Shown here: positions 10,042 through 18,854 of the stretch, piece after piece
How the letters are laid out: each line of letters starts with the position of its first letter
How positions within the stretch are numbered: position 1 is the first letter of the stretch
Origin: Clostridia bacterium
GTDB lineage: Bacteria > Bacillota > Clostridia > Oscillospirales > SIG627
Reading direction: 5' to 3'
NCBI GenBank assembly: GCA_017520825.1
Contig: JAFXEX010000005.1
Span: forward strand, 15,431 to 79,430
DNA: 64,000 bases
Translations under genes and position numbers: made by a program
The notes under the pieces: model-generated
Databases searched by the model: none
Seen by the model: the letters and a program-made list of their open reading frames with translations, nothing else
What the model was told of the DNA's origin: nothing

Positions 10042-10699
10042 AAAAATTTCACCATCAATTATGTGTGCAGATTTTTTAAAGTTAGAGAAATATATTGCGG
10101 ATTTTGAAAAATGTAATGTAGATTTAATTCATGTTGATATTATGGATGGAAACTTTGTTCCAAACTTTACATTGGGAACGGATTTTGTTAAAAGACTTAA
10201 GAGCATAACGAAAATTCCTATGGATATTCATCTCATGATAGAAAACCCCGAAACTAAAATAGATTGGTTTGATTTTGGGGAAGGTAACTATGTAAGTGTC
10301 CATTATGAGGCGACACGACATTTGAACAAAACAATTACTATGATAAAAAACAAAGGTGCAAAGGCGATGGTGGCACTCAATCCTGCAACACCAATAAATG
10401 TTTTAGAGAGCATACTCGATGACATTGATGCAGTTCTTATTATGACTGTTAATCCGGGATTTGCCGGGCAGAAACTCGTTGAATCAACCTTAAAAAAAAT
10501 CAAGAATTTGCGCAATTTTCTTGATAAAGAAGGTTATGAAAATATAGAAATTGAAGTGGACGGAAACGTAAGTTTTGAAAACGCAAAACTAATGAATGAA
10601 GCAGGCGCAAACATTTTTGTCTGTGGTACGTCAAGCATCTTCTCACAAACAGGAAGCATCATTGAAAATATAAACAGTTTTAGAAGTATATTGGTTTAA
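10034..10699 (+). CDS. rpe: Ribulose-phosphate 3-epimerase family (RPE/allulose-6-phosphate 3-epimerase-like)
   Basis: ISPSIMCAD, HVDIMDGNFVPN, DIHLM, MTVNPGFAGQ, EVDG. Overlaps the upstream stop. Confidence 0.9.
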   Translation: MIKKISPSIMCADFLKLEKYIADFEKCNVDLIHVDIMDGNFVPNFTLGTDFVKRLKSITKIPMDIHLMIENPETKIDWFDFGEGNYVSVHYEATRHLNKTITMIKNKGAKAMVALNPATPINVLESILDDIDAVLIMTVNPGFAGQKLVESTLKKIKNLRNFLDKEGYENIEIEVDGNVSFENAKLMNEAGANIFVCGTSSIFSQTGSIIENINSFRSILV

Positions 10700-10718
10700 A
10701 CTTTAAGGACCGTAAAAC

Positions 10719-10752
10719 AACAGCGATGGTTTTAATTTATACCATCGCTGTT
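10719..10752 (+). terminator. Hairpin after the epimerase gene
   Basis: AACAGCGATGGT-10 nt-ACCATCGCTGTT perfect 12-bp stem. Confidence 0.65.
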
Positions 10753-10775
10753 ACTCTATACTTCTGTCCTTAATA

Positions 10776-10806
10776 ACCCTCAAAGGCATATTCCTTTGAG
10801 GGTGTT
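10776..10806 (-). terminator. Permease terminator hairpin (U-tract half displaced to 8014-8034)
   Basis: ACCCTCAAAGG-catatt-CCTTTGAGGGT; the full arm AAAAAACACCCTCAAAGG lies at 8013-8030. Confidence 0.7.
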
Positions 10807-10818
10807 CGTTATAACCGT

Positions 10819-12216
10819 TTATTCGTCGGATTTATTTTTAGGATTCTTGAGAATTGCACCTATAATCATAACTACTGCGAAAATAACTAGGTAGAAGAGT
10901 ACAGGAAATGAGAAAGTATCGTTAGCTTTTGCTGCAAGGTAAGGTGTGATGCCGTGAGCATAAACGGCGGCAAATACCATAAATGCACAAGCAATAATAG
11001 CGATTATGGGCAATACGAAGCGCTTGAATACGCCCATATCCTTTTCCTTCTTCATCCATGCGATGAAAATCGGAATATACATGGCGTAAATTGTTACGAT
11101 GGGAAGCTCGGAAGAATCAAAGTTGAAAAGCCCAAACCAACCACTTGTAAGGTTTGCGCCGTAGAAGTATACGAGCCACAAAGCGCATACGAATAATCCC
11201 CAAATAGAAGAGTTTGTAGTCATATTCGTTGCTTCATCAACCTGACCGAAGGTGTCGGGTCTGGGACCGTGTTTACGTGCAGCAATAGCGTACATACCAC
11301 GTGTTGCGCCTACCATAAGGCCGTTAAGAGTGCCAAGGCACGAAACTACGATACAAATATTGAGAAGTGTTCCACCAACAGTGCCGAAGATATTTGTAAA
11401 TGCCGTTGTAGCGCCTTCGGCAATAAGTACCGCATTATTTGCACCACCAGCAACACCTACGAAATAAAGAACATACGCACTTACAACTACAATAGAGCCT
11501 ATTATGAGGGCAAGAGGTAAGTTTTTCTTGGGATTCTTAAGTTCTGCGTTTATAGATGTAGCAACAATCCAGCCCTCGTAAGCGAAAACGGTTGCAACAA
11601 TTGCTGCGAAAAGTCCACTGCTTGCCGTGCCACCGACTGCTTCTGATACTACGTTCGTAAAATTATTTGTAAGAGTTCCGTTAGCAAGACCTACAACAGT
11701 ACCTACAATTGCCATCAAAACGATGGGAATAAGCTTGATTACGGTAGCACTAATCTGGAATTTACCTGCAAGCTTGGGAGAAAGAGCGTTCATTGTGTAC
11801 GAGGCAACGAGGAAGAAGCCTGCCAAAATCATTACCTCGGGACCTACCATACTCCAACTGAAAAGAACACCGAGGTATCTTGCGGAAACCCAAGCAAGAA
11901 CCGAAGTCATTCCCGGATAATAGATATTTACCATAAACCACGCAAGGTAATATCCGTATGTAGTTCCACAAGTAGCTTCTGCATAGTCAACTACACCGCT
12001 TACCTTTTCATACTTCGTTGCCATAGTAGCAAATTGCAAAGAACAGATAATCATCAAAAGACCTGTTATTACCCACGCAAGAATACCGAGAGGCATATTT
12101 CCACCGGTTGCGATAAGAACGTTTTGAGCCTTAAAGAAAACACCTGAACCAATTACGGTACCAACAACCATACAAATGGCTGTAAGCAAACCGTATTTCT
12201 TAGTTAGTTTGTCCAT
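10819..12216 (-). CDS. APC family amino acid permease
   Basis: GTVIGSGVFF (TM1), FAYEGW (TM6), ELKNPKKNLP; about 12 TM segments. Start ATG 12216 with AGGAGG RBS. Confidence 0.93.
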   Translation of the reverse strand: MDKLTKKYGLLTAICMVVGTVIGSGVFFKAQNVLIATGGNMPLGILAWVITGLLMIICSLQFATMATKYEKVSGVVDYAEATCGTTYGYYLAWFMVNIYYPGMTSVLAWVSARYLGVLFSWSMVGPEVMILAGFFLVASYTMNALSPKLAGKFQISATVIKLIPIVLMAIVGTVVGLANGTLTNNFTNVVSEAVGGTASSGLFAAIVATVFAYEGWIVATSINAELKNPKKNLPLALIIGSIVVVSAYVLYFVGVAGGANNAVLIAEGATTAFTNIFGTVGGTLLNICIVVSCLGTLNGLMVGATRGMYAIAARKHGPRPDTFGQVDEATNMTTNSSIWGLFVCALWLVYFYGANLTSGWFGLFNFDSSELPIVTIYAMYIPIFIAWMKKEKDMGVFKRFVLPIIAIIACAFMVFAAVYAHGITPYLAAKANDTFSFPVLFYLVIFAVVMIIGAILKNPKNKSDE

Positions 12217-12461
12217 AATAATTCCTCCTGATATTTTAGAGATATGTTTCACACATATCCATTGAACATATGATAACATATTTGTGTAACAAAGTAAATA
12301 TTTTTTTAGTATCAGAAGCATTTTCCGTATAATTTTCGACAAAAACACTATTTTGCCGTAATTTTAACTGTAGAACAACACTTTCTTTAGTGCGACACTC
12401 TATTCTGAAAATAAAATAATGGCTTTATAAAGAATAATAGGGTAAAAAGGAATAAAAAATA

Positions 12462-12490
12462 TTGACTTAAACGCCTTTTGGTGATAAAAT
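12462..12490 (+). promoter_or_regulatory. SigmaA promoter of the thyA operon
   Basis: TTGACT-17-TAAAAT with extended TG. Confidence 0.7.
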
Positions 12491-12520
12491 AACTATATAT
12501 ATTCTTTTAGGAGAGAAAAA

Positions 12521-13351
12521 ATGAGTTTAGCCGACAGAATTTTTGTTGAGAATTGTAAAAGCATACTTGAAAACGGTGTATGGGATAAGGAATTTCAGGT
12601 GCGTCCCAAGTGGGAAGACGGTACGCCTGCATACACAAAAAAGTGTTTTGCAATAGTTAACCGTTACGACCTTGAAAAAGAGTTCCCTATTATGACCCTT
12701 CGCCGTACTTATATTAAAACGGCTGTAAACGAGCTTCTCTGGATATGGCAGAAAAAGTCAAACAATATTCACGACCTCAACGCAAAAATATGGGACAAGT
12801 GGGCTGACGAGGACGGCTCTATCGGTACGGCTTACGGATATCAGCTTGGAATCAAGCATGAATACAGAGAAGGTATGTTCGACCAGGTTGACAGAGTTAT
12901 ATACGACCTGAAGAACAATCCCAACAGCCGAAGAATAATGACCAACATTTACAATCACGCAGACCTTCATTCCATGAACCTTTATCCCTGCGCGTACAGT
13001 ATGACCTTTAACGTAGCAAACGGCAAGCTTTCGGCAATACTCAATCAAAGAAGTCAGGATATGCTTGCAGCAAACAACTGGAACGTATGTCAGTATGCCG
13101 TGCTTGTACACATGCTTGCTCAGGTAACGGGACTTGGTGTGGGAGAATTCGTTCACGTTATTGCAGACGCTCACATTTATGAGAGACACATTCCCATTAT
13201 TGAAAGGCTGATTGAAAAGCCTCAATACGATGCACCTAAATTTGAGCTTGACAAGTCCATTGACGATTTTTACAAGTTTACCGATTCAAGCTTTACGCTG
13301 ACGGATTACAAGTACAACGAATTCAACGAAAAAATTGAGGTAGCAGAATGA
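12521..13351 (+). CDS. thyA: Thymidylate synthase
   Basis: ELLWIWQ, YGYQ, NSRR, LYPC (catalytic Cys), QRSQD, DAHIY. Confidence 0.96.
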   Translation: MSLADRIFVENCKSILENGVWDKEFQVRPKWEDGTPAYTKKCFAIVNRYDLEKEFPIMTLRRTYIKTAVNELLWIWQKKSNNIHDLNAKIWDKWADEDGSIGTAYGYQLGIKHEYREGMFDQVDRVIYDLKNNPNSRRIMTNIYNHADLHSMNLYPCAYSMTFNVANGKLSAILNQRSQDMLAANNWNVCQYAVLVHMLAQVTGLGVGEFVHVIADAHIYERHIPIIERLIEKPQYDAPKFELDKSIDDFYKFTDSSFTLTDYKYNEFNEKIEVAE

Positions 13352-13830
13352 ATCTGATAGTTGCAATAGATAAAAACAACGGTATTGGAAAAAACGGAGA
13401 CCTGCTGTGTCACCTTTCGGCAGACCTTAAGCATTTTAAAGAGGTTACCACGGGTAAAACCGTAATAATGGGATATAACACTCTTATTTCCCTTCCGAAA
13501 AGTGCGCCCTTGAAAAACAGACGCAATATCGTGCTTTACGAAAAGGATATTGAAATAGAGGGTGCCGAGGTGGTACACAGTCTTGACGAGCTTTTTGAGC
13601 TGATCAAGGACGTTGACACCGACCAGCTTTTCGTTATAGGTGGTGCAATGGTATATACCCTCCTTATGCCCTACTGTAAGAGGTTATATATTACCCACAT
13701 AGAAAAAGCCTTTGATGCCGACAGATTTCTTCCCGAAATCAAGGCTGACCAGTGGCGTGCAATTGAAGAAAGTGAGACGATGGAGGAGGAAGGAATCCCC
13801 TTCCGTTACGTGACCTACGAAAGAATATGA
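13348..13830 (+). CDS. folA: Dihydrofolate reductase
   Basis: IVAIDKNNGIG, DLKHFK, VIMG, PLKNRRNIVL, FVIGG; follows thyA. Confidence 0.96.
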   Translation: MNLIVAIDKNNGIGKNGDLLCHLSADLKHFKEVTTGKTVIMGYNTLISLPKSAPLKNRRNIVLYEKDIEIEGAEVVHSLDELFELIKDVDTDQLFVIGGAMVYTLLMPYCKRLYITHIEKAFDADRFLPEIKADQWRAIEESETMEEEGIPFRYVTYERI

Positions 13831-14945
13831 CAAAGATGAAATTTGCAGCAACCTGCCTTTTCGGGCTTGAAAAATTCGTGGGTGAAACAATTGATATGCT
13901 TGGCTACAAAAGGCTTGAAACAATCGAAGGACGAGTTTACTTCGAGGGTGACGAAAGTGCCGTAGCAAGATGTAATATCAATTTCAGATGCGCTGAAAAG
14001 TTATTCATAATCCTCGACGAATTTGAAGCGACCACCTTTGACGCTCTGTTTGAGGGCACGAAGGCTATCCCCTGGGAAAAATATATTGGCAAGAATGATG
14101 CCTTCCCCGTCAAGGGGCACTGCATAAAATCGGCTTTACACAGTATCCCCGACTGTCAGAGAATAGTGAAGAAGGCTATCGTTGACAAGCTGTACAAGGC
14201 GTACAAAACAGATTTTCTTCCCGAAACCAAAGCTAAAATACAAATAGAGTTTTTTATTCTTCGGGATAAAGCGGCGATAATGATAGATACAAGTGGAGCA
14301 GGGCTTTACAAGAGAGGCTACAGACAGGGCACAAACGATGCGCCTATAAGAGAAACTCTTGCGGCGGCGCTGGCTCTCATATCGCGTCCGAGAAACGACG
14401 TGCTTTTCTGGGACCCTCTTTGTGGCTCGGGAACTATACCCATAGAAGCAGCAATGATACTCAAAAACGTGGCGCCCGGTATAAACCGAAGCTTTGCAGC
14501 AGAGGAATTCGACTTCATACCAAAGCATCTTTGGGACGAGGCAAGAAGTGAAGCAAAAAATGCTGAGCGTGAATGCAATTTTGAAATATGGGGCAGTGAT
14601 ATTGACCCTGAGGTAATAGAGCTTGCAAGAGAAAATGCGTCTCGGGCAGGCGTTGGTGACTGTATAAATTTCTTTGTAGCCGACGTTGCCGACATTGAAA
14701 CTCACGGAAAGCGCGGTACGGTGGTTTGCAATCCCCCATACGGCGAAAGACTGATGGATGTTGCTGATGCCGAAAGGCTCTACAGAGTAATGGGTAAGGC
14801 TATGAAGAGACTTGAAAATTGGCAATTATACGTTATTACCTCAAACGAATATTTTGAAAAGCATTTTGGCAGAACGGCAGACAAGAAGCGTAAGCTTTAC
14901 AACGGAATGCTTAAGTGCAACTATTATCAATATTATAAAAACTAA
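13827..14945 (+). CDS. THUMP-domain rRNA m2G methyltransferase (RlmL/YpsC-like)
   Basis: FGLE, DTSG-GLYKRGYR, APIRETLAA, DPLCGSGTIPIEAA, NPPYGER. Confidence 0.9.
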   Translation: MTKMKFAATCLFGLEKFVGETIDMLGYKRLETIEGRVYFEGDESAVARCNINFRCAEKLFIILDEFEATTFDALFEGTKAIPWEKYIGKNDAFPVKGHCIKSALHSIPDCQRIVKKAIVDKLYKAYKTDFLPETKAKIQIEFFILRDKAAIMIDTSGAGLYKRGYRQGTNDAPIRETLAAALALISRPRNDVLFWDPLCGSGTIPIEAAMILKNVAPGINRSFAAEEFDFIPKHLWDEARSEAKNAERECNFEIWGSDIDPEVIELARENASRAGVGDCINFFVADVADIETHGKRGTVVCNPPYGERLMDVADAERLYRVMGKAMKRLENWQLYVITSNEYFEKHFGRTADKKRKLYNGMLKCNYYQYYKN

Positions 14946-14959
14946 AAAGGAACTACATT

Positions 14960-16645
14960 ATGGATTACAACAGACTTGCAGACTTACTGTTCCCGAATAT
15001 TACTACAACTCCCGAGGATATGGAAGCAAGATATCCCCGACGTGAGCTGAAGGAGGGAGCAGTTGTAACAAGGTTCGCTCCCAGCCCCACGGGCTTCGTT
15101 CACTTCGGTGGTCTCTTCCCTTCTACCGTAGGTGAAAGAATGGCACATTTGTCAGATGGCGTTTTCTTTCTCAGAATTGAGGATACAGACGCAAAGCGAG
15201 AGGTGCCCGGTGCAGCAGAGGGGCTTATAAAAACTCTTGCGAGATACGGCGTTAACTTTGACGAGGGCGCAATACTTGGGGAGGACGGAAAAATCTGTGA
15301 TAAGGGCGCTTACGGCCCCTACAAGCAGAGCCAGAGAAAAGAAATATACCAAACCTTTGCAAAGGCTCTTGTCAAGGAAGGAAAGGCTTATCCGGCATTT
15401 ACAACAGAGGAAGAGCTTGACAGACTTAATTCCATAAACAAAAAAGAGGAAATCAAGAACACAAATTGGGAAGAGGAAGCAGAAGCAAAGCGCGCAGAAA
15501 TGCTGGAAGGCAGAAAGATAACGCTTGAAGAGGTGGAAGCGCATCTTAAAGAAAATCACCCCTTCGTGCTTCGTATTCTTGCCGACGGCGACGGAGAAAG
15601 AAAAATAAAAGTAACGGACCTTGTGAAAGGCACTCTTGAACTTCCCGAAAACGACGAGGACTTCGTTCTTCTGAAATCCGACGGTATTCCCACCTATCAT
15701 TTTGCCCACGCAGTTGACGACCACCTTATGGGCACAACACACGTTATCAGAGGTGAGGAATGGCTGCCCAGCCTTCCGAAGCACCTTCAGCTTTTCCGTT
15801 ATCTCGGATTTAAGTTGCCTAAGTTTATGCACATCTCACAGATAATGAAGCTTGATGAAAACGGAAACAAAAAGAAGCTTTCAAAGCGTGATATGGGTGC
15901 AAATATGGACGATTACACGGGAATGGGATACACTCCCGAGGCTGTGTGTGAATACGTTATGACCCTCCTCAACTCAAACTACGAGGAGTGGCATATGCAG
16001 AATCCCGACAAGCACTACAAGGAATTCCCCTTCAGCGCTAAGAAAATGTCGGTGTCGGGCTGTCTTTTCGATTACGACAAGCTCAACGACGTGTCCAAAA
16101 ACGTGCTTTCCAGAATGAGCGCCGAGGATATCACGGCAAAGGTTACTGAATGGGCGAAGGAGTTTGATGAGGAATTCGGCAAGCTTCTTGAGAGAGACAA
16201 AGACTATGCTACCAAAATTTTTGCAATAGGCAGAGGTGGAAAGAAGCCCCGTAAGGACTTGGCTACCCTCGCTGACGCAAAGGGATATATGGGATTTTTC
16301 TACGACGAGCTTTATAAGGTTGAAGAGGAATACCCCGACAGCTTTGATAAGACGGACATTAAGAAAACGCTGTCCGACTTTATGGAAACCTACGACGAGG
16401 GCGACGATATGAACACCTGGTTTGAAAAGGTAAAAGCAATTGCAGACGGTCTTGGATATGCTTCTGATATGAAGGCGTACAAGGCAGACCCTGAAAGCTT
16501 TAAGGGTAACGTTGCAGACATCAGTATGTTTATACGACTTGCCGTAACGGGCAAGACCAACGCTCCCGACCTTTACACCGTTATGCAGATAATGGGTAAG
16601 GACAGAGTATTTGACAGAATCAACAAAATGCTCGCAGTTTTATGA
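14960..16645 (+). CDS. gltX: Glutamate--tRNA ligase
   Basis: TRFAPSPTG, RIEDTD, YKQSQR, PTYHFAHAVDD, HVIRGEEW, KLSKR. Confidence 0.95.
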   Translation: MDYNRLADLLFPNITTTPEDMEARYPRRELKEGAVVTRFAPSPTGFVHFGGLFPSTVGERMAHLSDGVFFLRIEDTDAKREVPGAAEGLIKTLARYGVNFDEGAILGEDGKICDKGAYGPYKQSQRKEIYQTFAKALVKEGKAYPAFTTEEELDRLNSINKKEEIKNTNWEEEAEAKRAEMLEGRKITLEEVEAHLKENHPFVLRILADGDGERKIKVTDLVKGTLELPENDEDFVLLKSDGIPTYHFAHAVDDHLMGTTHVIRGEEWLPSLPKHLQLFRYLGFKLPKFMHISQIMKLDENGNKKKLSKRDMGANMDDYTGMGYTPEAVCEYVMTLLNSNYEEWHMQNPDKHYKEFPFSAKKMSVSGCLFDYDKLNDVSKNVLSRMSAEDITAKVTEWAKEFDEEFGKLLERDKDYATKIFAIGRGGKKPRKDLATLADAKGYMGFFYDELYKVEEEYPDSFDKTDIKKTLSDFMETYDEGDDMNTWFEKVKAIADGLGYASDMKAYKADPESFKGNVADISMFIRLAVTGKTNAPDLYTVMQIMGKDRVFDRINKMLAVL

Positions 16646-16658
16646 AAGGACACAGACA

Positions 16659-18299
16659 ATGGAAGAAACGAAAAATTTTATTGAAGAAATTATTGATGCC
16701 GATTTAGCCGAAGGAAAAATCGAAAAGATACACACTCGCTTCCCTCCTGAACCAAACGGTTATCTTCACATCGGTCATTGCAAGGCGCTCGCCATAGATT
16801 TTGGAACGGCAAAAAAATACGGTGGTCTTTGTAATCTTCGTATGGACGATACTAACCCTGCCAAGGAGGACACCGAATACGTTGACGCAATCAAGGAGGA
16901 TATTCATTGGCTGGGCTTTGATTGGGACGACAGATTTTTTTACGGCTCGGACTATTTTGACAAGGACTACGAGTATGCTATTGAGCTTATAAACAAGGGA
17001 CTTGCTTACGTTTGCGAGCTGACTGCCGACCAGATGGAAAAATACAGAGGTGACCTGACTCATCCTGCAACCTCTCCCTGGCGTGACAGACCCATTGAAG
17101 AAAGCCTTGACCTTTTTAAGAGAATGAAGGACGGGGAGTTTCCCGACGGAAAATATACTCTCCGTGCAAAGATAGACCTTGCTTCAGGAAACTTCTGGCT
17201 TCGTGACCCTGTAATATACAGAATTAAGCATATGCATCATCACCGTCACGGAGACAAGTGGTGCATCTACCCCACCTACGATTTCGCACATCCCATTCAG
17301 GATGCACTTGAGGGTATTACTCACTCTCTCTGCTCTCTTGAATTTGAAATCCACAGACCTCTCTACAATTGGGTTATTGAAAACGTGAGCGTTCCTCACA
17401 AGCCCCGTCAGATAGAGTTTGCAAGACTTAACATTACGAACACCGTGCTTTCAAAGAGATTTTTACGTCTTATGGTTGAAAGTGGAAGAGTTGACGGCTG
17501 GGATGACCCCAGAATGCCCACTCTTTGCGGCTTGAGAAGGCGTGGTTATACAGGCGCCTCAATCGTTGACTTCTGTTCAAGAGTAGGTGTGGCGAAAGCG
17601 AACAGTCTTGTTGATATAAGACTTCTTGAAGCCTGCATCAGAGACGAGCTGAACGAAACGGCTCCCAGACGCATAGCTATCCTCGAGCCTATCAAGGTTA
17701 TTGTAGACAACTATCCCGACGGAAAGGAAGAAATTTTCGAGCTTCCCAACCATCCTCAACACCCCGAAATGGGAACGAGAAAGGTTAAGTTTACCAAGGA
17801 AATATTTATCGATGCCGAGGACTTCGCCCTTGTACCTCCACCTAAGTTTTTCAGACTCAAGCCCGACGGTGAGGTAAGACTTATGGGTGCTTATATCGTT
17901 AAGTGTGGCGACATCGTTATGAACGATGACGGCAGTGTAAAGGAAATACACTGTTCTGCCGACCTTGAAACAGGTAACGGAAATCCCGTTGACGGACGAA
18001 AGATAAAGGGTACTATCCATTGGCTTTCACAAGAAAACGCCATTGATTCGGACGTAGTGCTTTATGAAAATCTTCTTACTCTCGAAGATCCCTCAAAGCT
18101 TCCTGACGACAAGGAATTCACAGATTATCTCAATCCCGATTCCAAGAAGATAAAGCGTGCTAAGGTGGAAGCAAATCTTGCCGAAGCCAAGGCCGGTGAC
18201 AAGTTCCAATTCGTAAGACTTGGATACTTCTGCCGTGACACGAAAAACGAAAACACCTTTAACAGTATCGTTTCGTTAAAGGACAGTAAGGGTAAATAA
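16659..18299 (+). CDS. glnS: Glutamine--tRNA ligase
   Basis: TRFPPEPNGYLHIGH, DDTNP, IYPTYDFAH, THSLCSLEF, WDDPRMPT, FQFVRLGYF. Start ATG 16659. Confidence 0.96.
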   Translation: MEETKNFIEEIIDADLAEGKIEKIHTRFPPEPNGYLHIGHCKALAIDFGTAKKYGGLCNLRMDDTNPAKEDTEYVDAIKEDIHWLGFDWDDRFFYGSDYFDKDYEYAIELINKGLAYVCELTADQMEKYRGDLTHPATSPWRDRPIEESLDLFKRMKDGEFPDGKYTLRAKIDLASGNFWLRDPVIYRIKHMHHHRHGDKWCIYPTYDFAHPIQDALEGITHSLCSLEFEIHRPLYNWVIENVSVPHKPRQIEFARLNITNTVLSKRFLRLMVESGRVDGWDDPRMPTLCGLRRRGYTGASIVDFCSRVGVAKANSLVDIRLLEACIRDELNETAPRRIAILEPIKVIVDNYPDGKEEIFELPNHPQHPEMGTRKVKFTKEIFIDAEDFALVPPPKFFRLKPDGEVRLMGAYIVKCGDIVMNDDGSVKEIHCSADLETGNGNPVDGRKIKGTIHWLSQENAIDSDVVLYENLLTLEDPSKLPDDKEFTDYLNPDSKKIKRAKVEANLAEAKAGDKFQFVRLGYFCRDTKNENTFNSIVSLKDSKGK

Positions 18300-18326
18300 A
18301 GACAGCCATAATTTAAAACCATTAAC

Positions 18327-18360
18327 AAAAATCCCGACAGAGTATTCTGTCGGGATTTTT
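18327..18360. terminator. Bidirectional intrinsic terminator
   Basis: AAAAATCCCGACAGA-gtat-TCTGTCGGGATTTTT. Confidence 0.88.
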
Positions 18361-18365
18361 ATTAT

Positions 18366-18809
18366 CTAATCAGGTCTTTTGTTCTTCAAGAGATATATTA
18401 CGAAGCTCAACGTAGAGGCAAGGGCAAACAGTAGCGTTGCAATAAACAAGGCGTCACCCAAATCAGCAGAGGACGTATTTCCCGTGGTAATCCATAGCAT
18501 TACTGTTATAACCGTCAGTCCTGCCGAAGCGAATGAAAGCTTAAGTCTCCATTTATCCTTGTTATACGAATTTTTATACAAGACGGCTTCCTTAATAGCA
18601 GTTACAATAATTGCCACAAACAAGAATAAAGGTATATCCATAAGAAGCACAACACCCATAACCTGTGGAAAGCTCATTGATACCGTAAGCAAATCCATAT
18701 TGTTACTCGGAATAATAAGCCACAATGCAACTGCTTCGAGTAAGAAGATTATCACGTAAAAAGCAATGAGCGCTTTTCTTATCTTCTTTTCAACTGATTT
18801 TCTGTTCAT
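18366..18809 (-). CDS. Hypothetical membrane protein (about 4 TM)
   Basis: Four hydrophobic segments, GGGTG RBS; no family recognised. Confidence 0.7.
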   Translation of the reverse strand: MNRKSVEKKIRKALIAFYVIIFLLEAVALWLIIPSNNMDLLTVSMSFPQVMGVVLLMDIPLFLFVAIIVTAIKEAVLYKNSYNKDKWRLKLSFASAGLTVITVMLWITTGNTSSADLGDALFIATLLFALASTLSFVIYLLKNKRPD

Positions 18810-18854
18810 TATCTCACCCTACTCTATTTTACATCATTTCGTAGCGAAAAGCAA

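Larger units (their letters stand above)
8020..10790. mobile_element. Non-autonomous AT-rich sugar-catabolism cassette inserted into a terminator
   Basis: 15-bp direct repeat ACCCTCAAAGGCATA at 8020-8034 and 10776-10790. Inverted ends TTAAGGACAG (8047-8056) and CTGTCCTTAA (10764-10773). Visibly more AT-rich than the flanking genes. No recombinase inside. Confidence 0.7.

Noticed and set aside
7589-12348. Classical integrase-driven island at tRNA-Leu
   Set aside because: No duplicated tRNA 3' end and no integrase seen. The cassette boundaries map to a terminator about 340 bp downstream instead.
12217-12460. Lysine riboswitch, T-box or CodY boxes upstream of the amino acid permease
   Set aside because: AT-rich with no T-box or L-box motifs; the best CodY-like matches have 4-5 mismatches.
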